A DNA stretch of 64,000 nt. Origin: a virus. Location of the stretch: the IMG/VR virus record IMGVR_UViG_3300025141_000026. One strand, given 5' to 3'. Below, in pieces: positions 19,929 through 28,223 of the stretch. Both the position numbers and the translations under genes were made by a program. Each line of letters opens with the position of its first letter. Position 1 is the first letter of the stretch. Under the pieces are notes generated by a model. The model saw nothing but the letters and a program-made list of their open reading frames with translations, had not been told where the DNA came from and did no database searches.

Positions 19929-20364
19929 CGTTCTTTATCTCCACCGCGATTGCAAACACGGATATAGATATAATTATGCCGCCAAGTACCCCACCAGCCA
20001 ACCACCAGTGAGAATAATCATTGGGCGATTCAAGGGCTAGCTCTTGAAGTCTGCCAATTTCTTCATCTTTTATGGTTATAAGTTGGTCGTATCTTTTTGT
20101 TGCAGACTTCAATTTTATGTCGCTAATCTGTAAATCAAGCTCCAGTTGTGCGGATAGCAGCTTTATTTCTCTGTCTATCTCTAAGCGACATTCTTCTACG
20201 GTGTATTTCTTATCGGTAAGAACTTTAGCTGCTGCCGTTGGGTCCATTAGAACACCGGTAAAAGGTGCAGGATCTCCTTTTTTCAATTCAGTTATAACTC
20301 CCTCTTGTGCCCAAGCAGGGAAAGCAAAGAGTATAACTAAAAATATGGATAGTAGTTGTTTCAT
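19921..20364 (-). CDS. Exported membrane-anchored coiled-coil protein, possibly a spanin component
   Basis: Likely start at 20364 (ATGA overlap). Signal peptide MKQLLSIFLVILFAFPAWA, coiled coil, C-terminal TM helix. Confidence 0.5.
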   Translation of the reverse strand: MKQLLSIFLVILFAFPAWAQEGVITELKKGDPAPFTGVLMDPTAAAKVLTDKKYTVEECRLEIDREIKLLSAQLELDLQISDIKLKSATKRYDQLITIKDEEIGRLQELALESPNDYSHWWLAGGVLGGIIISISVFAIAVEIKNDG

Positions 20365-20870
20365 TTTAGCCTCCACCGCCATTTTCCTTTTCCATCTTCA
20401 TCGTTTCCATCTTCATCGCTGGTGTCTATTTGCACTGCCCGTTTTTCTTTTTCTAGTCTCGCCCAAACGCCTTTGCCGTCTTCTGTCTGTGCTTTGTCGC
20501 TATACAGGCTTCCTTTGCCGAGGACTTCCATAACTTTTTCATACAAATCAGTAGCATAAAAGCCACCACCCTTTACTTTGCGAACATTACCAACAGCATA
20601 ACTTTCTCTAAATGGGGCAACGCCTAGATAAGCAATAGGGATGTCTTCTTTATTCACAACAAAAAAGAGCACATCGCCTTTGGGCAACTCAAAACTTACC
20701 AACTGGTTTCCTTCCCACTCTCCAAGATCTTTTCTCTCACCTTTACTTGGGGCGTGTTCTTTATAAAAGTAATCAAGCGACTTTTGTATTTCTTCCTGAG
20801 AAGTAGCAATAGTATCAAAAGCCTCTACCTCGTCTATGAACCTTTTCCAGTTTTCAAGTAGTTGTTTCAT
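20361..20870 (-). CDS. Leader-bearing protein, possible GNAT-like domain
   Basis: Leader MKQLLENWKRFIDE; GGGFYATDLY...LYSD..QT..G..VW.RL pattern. Confidence 0.55.
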   Translation of the reverse strand: MKQLLENWKRFIDEVEAFDTIATSQEEIQKSLDYFYKEHAPSKGERKDLGEWEGNQLVSFELPKGDVLFFVVNKEDIPIAYLGVAPFRESYAVGNVRKVKGGGFYATDLYEKVMEVLGKGSLYSDKAQTEDGKGVWARLEKEKRAVQIDTSDEDGNDEDGKGKWRWRLK

Positions 20871-21154
20871 TTTAGCATTTCTCTAAACTTAGGATCGTAA
20901 AGCAATCCATCAAGTTGCGATGAGTATCCCTTATCAATAAGAAGATCAATCAAAGAATCAACATCCATTTCGTTTTTTGATGCGACGGAAGCAAAATAAT
21001 CTTTGAGTTGACCAAACAACTCTTCCTCTTCCACTTCTCCGCTATAAAAGCGGTCAACCAACTCATCCGTAATCACACCAAGTTCTTGCGGAGTGTTAGC
21101 ACCAAGTCTAATCTCATTTATGTATTTGTTCCAGTTTTCAAGTATTAGTTTCAT
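20867..21154 (-). CDS. Leader-bearing hypothetical protein
   Basis: Leader MKLILENWNKYINE; ATGA overlaps at both ends. Confidence 0.7.
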   Translation of the reverse strand: MKLILENWNKYINEIRLGANTPQELGVITDELVDRFYSGEVEEEELFGQLKDYFASVASKNEMDVDSLIDLLIDKGYSSQLDGLLYDPKFREMLK

Positions 21155-21783
21155 TTTTTTACTAACTCCTTATTTACGATATCATAGCCTTCCACAACGC
21201 CCACATTCACATAGTCAAAGCCGTCGAGGAGGCATATTTTTTGTGGTCCGAACTTGCCGCCCAACTTATAGTATGTGCTGACCTGCCCTACCACCTCTGT
21301 GAATAGCGCTGGTATTGCTTTTTCTGGAAGGGTTTTTAGATGCGTGTTGTATGCTGCTAACTCTCCCCTTAGATCAAACTCGGTTCCACGAGAACCAATC
21401 GCTTGGATGTGGGACATATAATCGTGGATTGCTCTAAACTTTGCGTTTGTAATCTCATCAAAAATGGCGTGATCTGCGTCAATAGTGGCGACCCTCATAG
21501 TGCCCGTGCTCTTAACATCTTTCCTTAGTTCGTCTGCGCTTTCATATGGATGGTAATCAACGAACTCAACATCTACCTTAGACTGGATTTGATTGAACAT
21601 CTTCTCAACAAAAGGAGTTAATGCTTCGTAGTGGGGGACTGCTCTTTGTTCAAAATCAGGAGCAGCAAGGTAGGCAGTACCCACCAAATCAGCATACTTA
21701 GTCCAACCGTTCTCTCCGGGTTTAAGCATTAGCTTCTCGTTGATTGCGATGAACTTTCGCCATTCTGTTAGTAGTTCTTTCAT
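21151..21783 (-). CDS. Leader-bearing protein with HDxxxH/E motif (possible metal-binding enzyme)
   Basis: Leader MKELLTEWRKFIAINE; NAKFRAIHDYMSH...F..RGE.AAY..H...LFTEVVGQ. Confidence 0.65.
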   Translation of the reverse strand: MKELLTEWRKFIAINEKLMLKPGENGWTKYADLVGTAYLAAPDFEQRAVPHYEALTPFVEKMFNQIQSKVDVEFVDYHPYESADELRKDVKSTGTMRVATIDADHAIFDEITNAKFRAIHDYMSHIQAIGSRGTEFDLRGELAAYNTHLKTLPEKAIPALFTEVVGQVSTYYKLGGKFGPQKICLLDGFDYVNVGVVEGYDIVNKELVKK

Positions 21784-22190
21784 CTATATTCCTCGCTCCA
21801 ATCAAATCTATTTTCACCGCTATAAACATGTCTAAGATAGTTACTGTGGGAGCCACTGTATACATAAGCATCAAAATAGTCTTCGCCATTCAGCCACTTT
21901 TGAAAGATCCTGTGATTGCCGTCATCAATAATTAATTGTTGTTTGTCTGTATTATAAAAAAGAACTGGTAAGCCTTCTGTCATACTAAGTTCTTCCTTTC
22001 TTACATCCCCTATTATGTGCTCGCCTTGGGATTTAAGCATACTGAGTGATTTCATTGGGATATCCTTGACTAAGACCCCTTCTTCTCCCTCTTCTTCGTC
22101 AAACTCTTCTTCACCACGGATGACTTCATCGGGAAGAAAATCTAAATTCTCTTTCAAAAAGTTTCGCCACTCTGTTAGTATCTCTTTCAT
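21780..22190 (-). CDS. Leader-bearing ParB/Srx-like domain protein
   Basis: Leader MKEILTEWRNFLKE; PVLF...IIDDGNHR motif. Confidence 0.65.
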   Translation of the reverse strand: MKEILTEWRNFLKENLDFLPDEVIRGEEEFDEEEGEEGVLVKDIPMKSLSMLKSQGEHIIGDVRKEELSMTEGLPVLFYNTDKQQLIIDDGNHRIFQKWLNGEDYFDAYVYSGSHSNYLRHVYSGENRFDWSEEYR

Positions 22191-22783
22191 TAGTAGTCCT
22201 CTGGGTTTTCATCTGTGATGACAACATTTTTGTTTGTCTTTGCCTCAACCCAATCTCTCACAAAGTCGTCAACATCTTTAATCTCAGACATTCTTGTTTC
22301 AGGAGAAAGCCCCCCTAAATACTTTCTATAATCGCTGTCGATCTCATCCATCACTTTCGGGTCTATTGTGTCTGATAGGTGTGGATCTACATCAAGAAGA
22401 TCCAGAACAATGTTCTCTGGACGGAAAAAGCTTTTTCTATCTTTTGGCTCTTTGCTATCGATCCAATTAAACAACCTTATAAGCAGGGCGTTTCCAGATT
22501 CTTTTGTTTTCTTTGCTGCCTTTTTTGCACCTCTTGACTTTGCGGCGACATTGATCGCGGACACGGCTGGACTAAGTTGGGCGATGCCACTAAGTTGGGC
22601 GACACCTTCAACCCCAACTGCCTTGAACATCTCTTCTTTTGCTTGTTGATCTTCTACAAAATCAGACATGCCCATATAAAGATCACTAAACCGAGCGATT
22701 GTCCAATCTTTTGGATACCTTTCAGCAAAAGATTTTCTTTCTTCCTCTATGAATTTTCTCCATTCTGTTAGTAGTTCTTTCAT
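22190..22783 (-). CDS. Leader-bearing hypothetical protein
   Basis: Leader MKELLTEWRKFIEE. Confidence 0.7.
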   Translation of the reverse strand: MKELLTEWRKFIEEERKSFAERYPKDWTIARFSDLYMGMSDFVEDQQAKEEMFKAVGVEGVAQLSGIAQLSPAVSAINVAAKSRGAKKAAKKTKESGNALLIRLFNWIDSKEPKDRKSFFRPENIVLDLLDVDPHLSDTIDPKVMDEIDSDYRKYLGGLSPETRMSEIKDVDDFVRDWVEAKTNKNVVITDENPEDY

Positions 22784-22794
22784 TTCTTTCTCCT

Positions 22795-23208
22795 CTAAAA
22801 CTTATGCAAGATTGGGGCAAACTGTCTCAATGCTTCTGGTGATCTGCCTACGGTTAGGATCCTCTTTGCCAAGATTTGTCCGGCTTCCTCATCTTGCCCT
22901 TCTTCAACCCACTTCTGAAAAGACTTCTCAATCCACTCACCAAAGGTAGCCATATCATCAGCAAACTGCACAGGGTCATCAACACCCTGAAACGACCGTT
23001 TTAGTTGTCTGGCTTTTGCACTAACGGTTCCCATTTCTCTACTCCAACTGGAGCCTTCGTACCTGTCATAATCTATTTGTGTGCCGCCATCAATCGCATT
23101 CGTGATGGTGTCTGCTGCCTCCAATGTTCCGGCGATATCCTCTTCAGAGAATTCAGCAGAGTATGATTCATTTATAAACTTTCGCCATTCTGTTAGTAGT
23201 TCTTTCAT
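22795..23208 (-). CDS. Leader-bearing hypothetical protein
   Basis: Leader MKELLTEWRKFINE. Confidence 0.7.
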   Translation of the reverse strand: MKELLTEWRKFINESYSAEFSEEDIAGTLEAADTITNAIDGGTQIDYDRYEGSSWSREMGTVSAKARQLKRSFQGVDDPVQFADDMATFGEWIEKSFQKWVEEGQDEEAGQILAKRILTVGRSPEALRQFAPILHKF

Positions 23209-23218
23209 TCTTTATCCT

Positions 23219-23722
23219 CTAAAACTTATCCAGTTGTGCTCCCAAGGCTACAAGCATGTTGCCTGTCTCATCTTCTGCGATCCGTCGCAAAATCTTATGT
23301 GCCTTTGATTGCAGAATATTTTCATAATCTTCTGTATTGTTTATCTCTATCATCTCATCCACATTTCTTTCCAGCCAATCAACAAAGGTTTTTAGTGCCT
23401 TTGCTTTGTCCTCGTCTTCTTCTTGGACTTCGTGGTTCTCAAACCAGATGGAAGTGTAGTCAAGTATTTTACGCATCTCTGGTCTAACATACCTCTCTCC
23501 TTCTCCGGGCGAACGCTTAGTCGGCGCAAAGAACCTGAGATCCTTGGCTTCATCTGGGTATAGAAATGCATACATGGTGAAGACTTTATTGAGTACAGCG
23601 TCCATTAGATTATCCAATGTCGTATCTGGTTTGGCAAAGAAATCTCTGGACGACTGTTCTCTATCATAGACATCCTCGTATTCATTTACAAACTTTCGCC
23701 ACTCTGTTAATAGTTCTTTCAT
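23219..23722 (-). CDS. Leader-bearing hypothetical protein
   Basis: Leader MKELLTEWRKFVNE. Confidence 0.7.
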   Translation of the reverse strand: MKELLTEWRKFVNEYEDVYDREQSSRDFFAKPDTTLDNLMDAVLNKVFTMYAFLYPDEAKDLRFFAPTKRSPGEGERYVRPEMRKILDYTSIWFENHEVQEEDEDKAKALKTFVDWLERNVDEMIEINNTEDYENILQSKAHKILRRIAEDETGNMLVALGAQLDKF

Positions 23723-24114
23723 CCTTTATCCTCCGCCCAGAGTTGTCTCATATGGTCAGGAATTGGGACTGGCTCTCCATCTCCATCAATACGAACAAAA
23801 GTAATCTGTGTTGAGCAAACTGTCTTCTGTGTGCCATTGTAAACACTATGCCTTCTGGCTTCTAGGTTTATCACAACAGACGTGTTGCCCATTTTCTCGA
23901 CTTCGCCATAGATCTTAATAATTTGAGTTGGTCTTGCCGGTGCAGTAAATACAACTTCTGACATGTGAACGGTAACCATTCTTGGTGTACCACATATTTC
24001 TGATGCAAAAGCAACTCCTGCCTCATCTAGCCAAGCTAGCATCTGACCTCCGAAGAGATTACCATGATAGCCTAAGTGCTGAGTCATGACTTTATGTGTC
24101 GATATAAGTTTCAT
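23719..24114 (-). CDS. Acyl-CoA thioesterase (hotdog fold, YciA-like)
   Basis: HGNLFGGQMLAWLDEAG, VT.HM..V.F..P, GNTS, TFVRID..G.P.P motifs. Confidence 0.85.
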   Translation of the reverse strand: MKLISTHKVMTQHLGYHGNLFGGQMLAWLDEAGVAFASEICGTPRMVTVHMSEVVFTAPARPTQIIKIYGEVEKMGNTSVVINLEARRHSVYNGTQKTVCSTQITFVRIDGDGEPVPIPDHMRQLWAEDKG

Positions 24115-24308
24115 TTTGATCCCTTCTTATTGTTTTTGCGTATGTTTTTAATAACCGCTTTGTTATAATCTACATTTTTCGATACTGATTCTACCTTTGC
24201 TTCAAGCGAATCTAATCTGTATATTGTATTATAGTAGAAACCACCCATAAGAGCAACGATGCCCCCTATTGTAATTATGGTTTTGATATCCAAAGTAACC
24301 TCTTTCAT
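24111..24308 (-). CDS. Small membrane protein with coiled coil
   Basis: N-terminal hydrophobic helix followed by heptad pattern. Confidence 0.6.
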   Translation of the reverse strand: MKEVTLDIKTIITIGGIVALMGGFYYNTIYRLDSLEAKVESVSKNVDYNKAVIKNIRKNNKKGSK

Positions 24309-24706
24309 TCGCTTCCTCCCTCAACATGCACAATGCCAAACTTGTCTGATATCAGCTTTGCGAGGTTGCTGGGATCTTCACTGTTCTCAGCCACTAGCTT
24401 TTTGACTTCTTCTCTTTTCTTGTCAGTAAGCTCTTCTTTCTTGCCCTCGTATTCTTTTTCTATTTTCGCAATGATTTCATGGTACTTATCAAGAGCTTCA
24501 TCCCTTAGAGCTATCTCTTCTGCGTGGTTATCATTTAGCGCATCAATTTGTTTCTTATGGCTATCCTCTTTCACCTTCAAAACTTCTTTGACTTTATCGG
24601 CACGTCCCTTAAAAAACACCCATACACCGATGGCATATACAATGCCAACTAATATTTTCCAGTATTTTACAACAAAGTCCTTTGCTTTTTTCAGAAAACT
24701 AATCAT
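24305..24706 (-). CDS. Inner-membrane-anchored coiled-coil protein (i-spanin-like)
   Basis: Single N-terminal TM helix then a charged coiled coil; next to holin-like genes. Confidence 0.5.
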   Translation of the reverse strand: MISFLKKAKDFVVKYWKILVGIVYAIGVWVFFKGRADKVKEVLKVKEDSHKKQIDALNDNHAEEIALRDEALDKYHEIIAKIEKEYEGKKEELTDKKREEVKKLVAENSEDPSNLAKLISDKFGIVHVEGGSE

Positions 24707-24863
24707 CTTTTTTCTTTAAGTAGTATTGAACAGAAGCCAAGCCACACAGGATACCCGATATAAGCCACAACATTATATTGTAAGGTTCATTCAACAAGAA
24801 CCCTACGCCAAAATATGCTAGCCCAGCGGTGAAAATACAGAGTGGCTTGTCTCTACATACCAT
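24699..24863 (-). CDS. 54-aa two-TM membrane protein (holin/antiholin-like)
   Basis: Not in the ORF track. MVCRDKPLCIFTAGLAYFGVGFLLNEPYNIMLWLISGILCGLASVQYYLKKKDD overlaps both neighbours. Confidence 0.55.
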   Translation of the reverse strand: MVCRDKPLCIFTAGLAYFGVGFLLNEPYNIMLWLISGILCGLASVQYYLKKKDD

Positions 24864-25038
24864 GCTTCCAAGCCTTCGCCAAATCTACAGCGCCTTGGGA
24901 GCCAATATAAACCAAGCTGATTGCAACCCAGTCACTCGAACTAAGATTGGCAAAAGCCAGCAAGCCTGTGGCTGTACCCCATACCATTAATTTTCTTGAT
25001 ATTAGTTTAGATAACAACTTGTCTAATGAGTGTCTCAT
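24853..25038 (-). CDS. Holin-like small membrane protein
   Basis: SRKL..W and YIGSQG.VD pattern, two TM helices, GAGGA RBS. Confidence 0.55.
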   Translation of the reverse strand: MRHSLDKLLSKLISRKLMVWGTATGLLAFANLSSSDWVAISLVYIGSQGAVDLAKAWKHGM

Positions 25039-25057
25039 ATCTATTTCCTCCGTTGAG

Positions 25058-25066
25058 GTAATTAGT
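25058..25066 (-). promoter_or_regulatory. Putative late promoter motif ACTAATTAC (lysis cassette and leader array)
   Basis: Copy of the recurrent motif. Confidence 0.5.
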
Positions 25067-28000
25067 TACTGAGATACAAAAGCGAATCCATCATTTTTCT
25101 CAATTTCAATAGTGGTATCAGCAATGTCCTTCAGGCTATCGACATGCGAGATCAACAAAACTATCTGATAGTAGTTCTTGACCATATCCACAATACGAAC
25201 AAAACCTTCCATGTTTTCCGCATCAAGGGCTGTTGCTGGTTCGTCAAGAATAAATAGGTTGGATTTAGGCAATGACGACACAGAAAGCAGCGCTAGTCTG
25301 ATTGCCATTGCAGCAATTGTTTTCTCAGCGCCAGATCCCATCTCAATAGGTCGTGGGTCATGCTTGGGGTGCTTGATAAAGATGTCAAGCTTGTTGCCAT
25401 CATTTTCAAAGAAGACCTCAAAGTCAACAACGTTAGCCAACACCTTTGAAATCTCATCATTGATGATTGGCAACCTCTTCTTAATAATATCATACGAGAT
25501 GCCATTAGAGTGCATGCAACGCATAAACAAATCATAAGCAGTATACTTGGTTCTTAGATCCTCCAAGTTTGCCTGTTGCTCAACCAAGTTGTTGAGCCGT
25601 TGTTCCAAAGAGCCATGCTGCTTATAAAGTTCTAAGATTTCGTTTCTGCATTCTTCGTATTCTTGTTTTTCTCTCTCCATTCTTTCTGTAGCCGCTCTTT
25701 TCTCTCCTGAAAGAATTTCCAGATTTTCAATAACTTCTTTGTTCTCTTCATATTCATTGATCTTTGCCTCCAGTTCTTTTATTTCAACTTCTAAATTTGT
25801 TTTTTTGGACTTGCTCTTCTCTATGTCAAGCTCAATACGAGCCATCTCATTTGAGAGATTGTTCTTCTTCTCGACAACCTTGTTGTATTTGGCTAAATGG
25901 CTGTCCACAATATCTGGCTGTAGGGTGCCGATATCCTTTTCTATTTTCTCCTTGTTGTTGTTGAGGAGGGTAATCTTCTTCTTGCTTTCTGGAAGAAGTT
26001 TTTTATGTGTATAAGCGTCTCGTATAAACCTACAATGAGAAAACTCAGAACCACAAGGGACTTCTGATAAGAGTGCGACTTTCTTTTCAATTCCTTCTTG
26101 CTCCCTTTCCTCTATACTTATTTCTGAAATGATATTATCGAGATCTTTTCCCTTGTCATTAATAAGTTCTTTTTTAGTTTCTAGTTCATCAATATCAAAG
26201 TTATCCAAAAACTGAATTATCTTTTGGTAATGGTCTAGCTTTTGTTTGTGCTGATCCTTCTTTTCGGATATGTCAATGTCAGCGATTTGTAGTTCGTTGG
26301 ACTTGATTTCTTTATCCTCCACGACCTTTACAATATTTATGATGCTTGCTGGCATTGACTCAATCTTTTTTGTCAAGGCAGTAATTTCATTGCGTATCTC
26401 TTCAATCTGGACTTTGTATGCGGCACAGGCTTTCTTTTGTTCTTCAGTTCTTCCAGCATTGTCGTTTAACAATAGTTGAGCAGCCTTGATGTCCTCATCA
26501 TAGTCTTTGCCCTCTAGTGTTTTCAGAGCACCTCGAAGATCTGATGCATCATCTTTTGCTAGCTTGAACTTCTTTTCAAAGATATCCAAATCCAAAAACT
26601 TTGCTAAGATTTCTTTACGTTTTGTAGATCCTTCATTGATGTATGAAAGAGATCCCATCTGAGATGACATAGAGGTCATTAGGAAGTCATCCATTGTCCC
26701 CAAGACCTTTTTGATATTTTTGTCGGTCTCATTTCTTGTGGTGCCATTTAGAACATCTATATCTTGTGTAATCAAGTTTTGTTTTGTAAACTCAGTCTTT
26801 GTTTTAGCTTCAAGCGTCTCTTCGCCCTTCAGCTTTTTGAGATACTTCTCTGACTCTCTATGGATGCTGTACGTGTCATCCCCAACAGATATCTCAACAT
26901 CTGCGGAACACATTTGCTTGTTCTGGTTGATTATGTTGAGATTCTTTCTCTCGTTTTTAGATGTGGAATTATACATCCCATAAAGCAGTCCGTCGATGAT
27001 GGAAGACTTACCAGAGAAGTTCTTGCCAAAAACTCCCACGACCCCATTCAACTTGGTGAAATCAATGGAGTTTCCTTCTCCATAATTGAACAGGTTATCC
27101 CAAGAAAACTTTCTTAGATTCCAATTTACGTTCCTTGTGATCTCCTCTTCTTCTTCAGCAACGGCATTGTATTTTCTATTAAGCTCATAAACCTTTTCTA
27201 AGGTCTGATCGTTAGCTTCATAGTCTTTGAGATACTCATCAATGAACTCTTCCTGAACAGCTATGTCACGAAGGTCCTCTTTTTTCAAGGTGTGGGTCAT
27301 ATGGTCAACGCTAGAGTTGCCACTCGCACGATTCAAGAATGTGATTGACTCTGGCTTGAACTTGGATTTAGCAACATCAATAGCCTTTCTCATCACATCG
27401 AGAGGAAGGTTATTGTTTGTAGCCAAACGAAGTCTTGAGCCGTTTGGAAATGATAGAGATCTAGGGATCTTGCCCTTCGGTGTCAAGTCGATTGTAATAA
27501 ACGGCTTAGGATTCAAAAGCACATGGTGCTTGCATGTATAGTTATCCTTGTCCTTTACATCCCATACCAGATATCCCTTGTCGTTCGTTTCTCCAAAGTT
27601 TTGCTGGACTGTTGATCCCGCATAGCGGATCTTACCTTTTGCATCGAGGGTTTGGTTGGTCTTGTGGATATCCCCAAGGAAAGCATAATCAAAATTATTA
27701 AAAATAGAAATGTCATAGTCGCCATAGTCCATTGTCCATCCGATGTCGGTTTGGCAACCGCTGATGGAACCGTGATAGAGAGCAATATTTACTCTATCAT
27801 AATTAGTTGGCTCGACCCAATTATCGGTATCAAACACAGACAAAACATTCAAAGCAAAATTGTCATTTATGACAGTTTCGCCTGACTCTTTAAGTAAATG
27901 TATGCTTGGGTGCGCCAGCGCTTCCACGATTGGGGTGATGGCATCTTGACGACTACTGTTCTTTAGATTGCCATCGTGGTTTCCCAAGATAATATAAGTT

Positions 28001-28215
28001 GGCGCAATGTCACCTAGACTGCGAAAGAAGTCGGTTGCCATCTCCACAAACTCTGGTGAGATCTGGGTCTTGGTGTGGGCAATGTCGCCACAATGGATAA
28101 TACAATCCACCTTTTGTTTTCTCAGCTTTTTGTACATCTGTTTGAATACTTCTTTATATTCAAAGTGATATTTCAGATTGCGGATATGGGTATCCGCTAT
28201 ATGAGCAAATCTCAT
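25066..28215 (-). CDS. Fused Mre11/SbcD nuclease - Rad50/SbcC ATPase (gp47-gp46 fusion)
   Basis: ADTH, GD, GNHD and GDIH metallophosphoesterase motifs; Walker A GKNFSGKS; long coiled coil; SGAEK signature; ILDEP; ISH. Confidence 0.92.
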   Translation of the reverse strand: MRFAHIADTHIRNLKYHFEYKEVFKQMYKKLRKQKVDCIIHCGDIAHTKTQISPEFVEMATDFFRSLGDIAPTYIILGNHDGNLKNSSRQDAITPIVEALAHPSIHLLKESGETVINDNFALNVLSVFDTDNWVEPTNYDRVNIALYHGSISGCQTDIGWTMDYGDYDISIFNNFDYAFLGDIHKTNQTLDAKGKIRYAGSTVQQNFGETNDKGYLVWDVKDKDNYTCKHHVLLNPKPFITIDLTPKGKIPRSLSFPNGSRLRLATNNNLPLDVMRKAIDVAKSKFKPESITFLNRASGNSSVDHMTHTLKKEDLRDIAVQEEFIDEYLKDYEANDQTLEKVYELNRKYNAVAEEEEEITRNVNWNLRKFSWDNLFNYGEGNSIDFTKLNGVVGVFGKNFSGKSSIIDGLLYGMYNSTSKNERKNLNIINQNKQMCSADVEISVGDDTYSIHRESEKYLKKLKGEETLEAKTKTEFTKQNLITQDIDVLNGTTRNETDKNIKKVLGTMDDFLMTSMSSQMGSLSYINEGSTKRKEILAKFLDLDIFEKKFKLAKDDASDLRGALKTLEGKDYDEDIKAAQLLLNDNAGRTEEQKKACAAYKVQIEEIRNEITALTKKIESMPASIINIVKVVEDKEIKSNELQIADIDISEKKDQHKQKLDHYQKIIQFLDNFDIDELETKKELINDKGKDLDNIISEISIEEREQEGIEKKVALLSEVPCGSEFSHCRFIRDAYTHKKLLPESKKKITLLNNNKEKIEKDIGTLQPDIVDSHLAKYNKVVEKKNNLSNEMARIELDIEKSKSKKTNLEVEIKELEAKINEYEENKEVIENLEILSGEKRAATERMEREKQEYEECRNEILELYKQHGSLEQRLNNLVEQQANLEDLRTKYTAYDLFMRCMHSNGISYDIIKKRLPIINDEISKVLANVVDFEVFFENDGNKLDIFIKHPKHDPRPIEMGSGAEKTIAAMAIRLALLSVSSLPKSNLFILDEPATALDAENMEGFVRIVDMVKNYYQIVLLISHVDSLKDIADTTIEIEKNDGFAFVSQ

Positions 28216-28223
28216 CGTTCTCC

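Larger units (their letters stand above)
20838..23722 (-). repeat. Dispersed ~33-nt direct repeat at gene starts (ATGAAAGAACTACTAACAGAATGGCGAAAGTT consensus)
   Basis: Copies at 21751-21783, 22158-22190, 22751-22783, 23176-23208 and 23690-23722; divergent copies at 20838-20870 and 21122-21154. Confidence 0.92.

Noticed and set aside
20838-23722. CRISPR array
   Set aside because: The repeats are gene starts separated by roughly 250-600 nt of coding sequence, are non-palindromic, and no cas genes are present.
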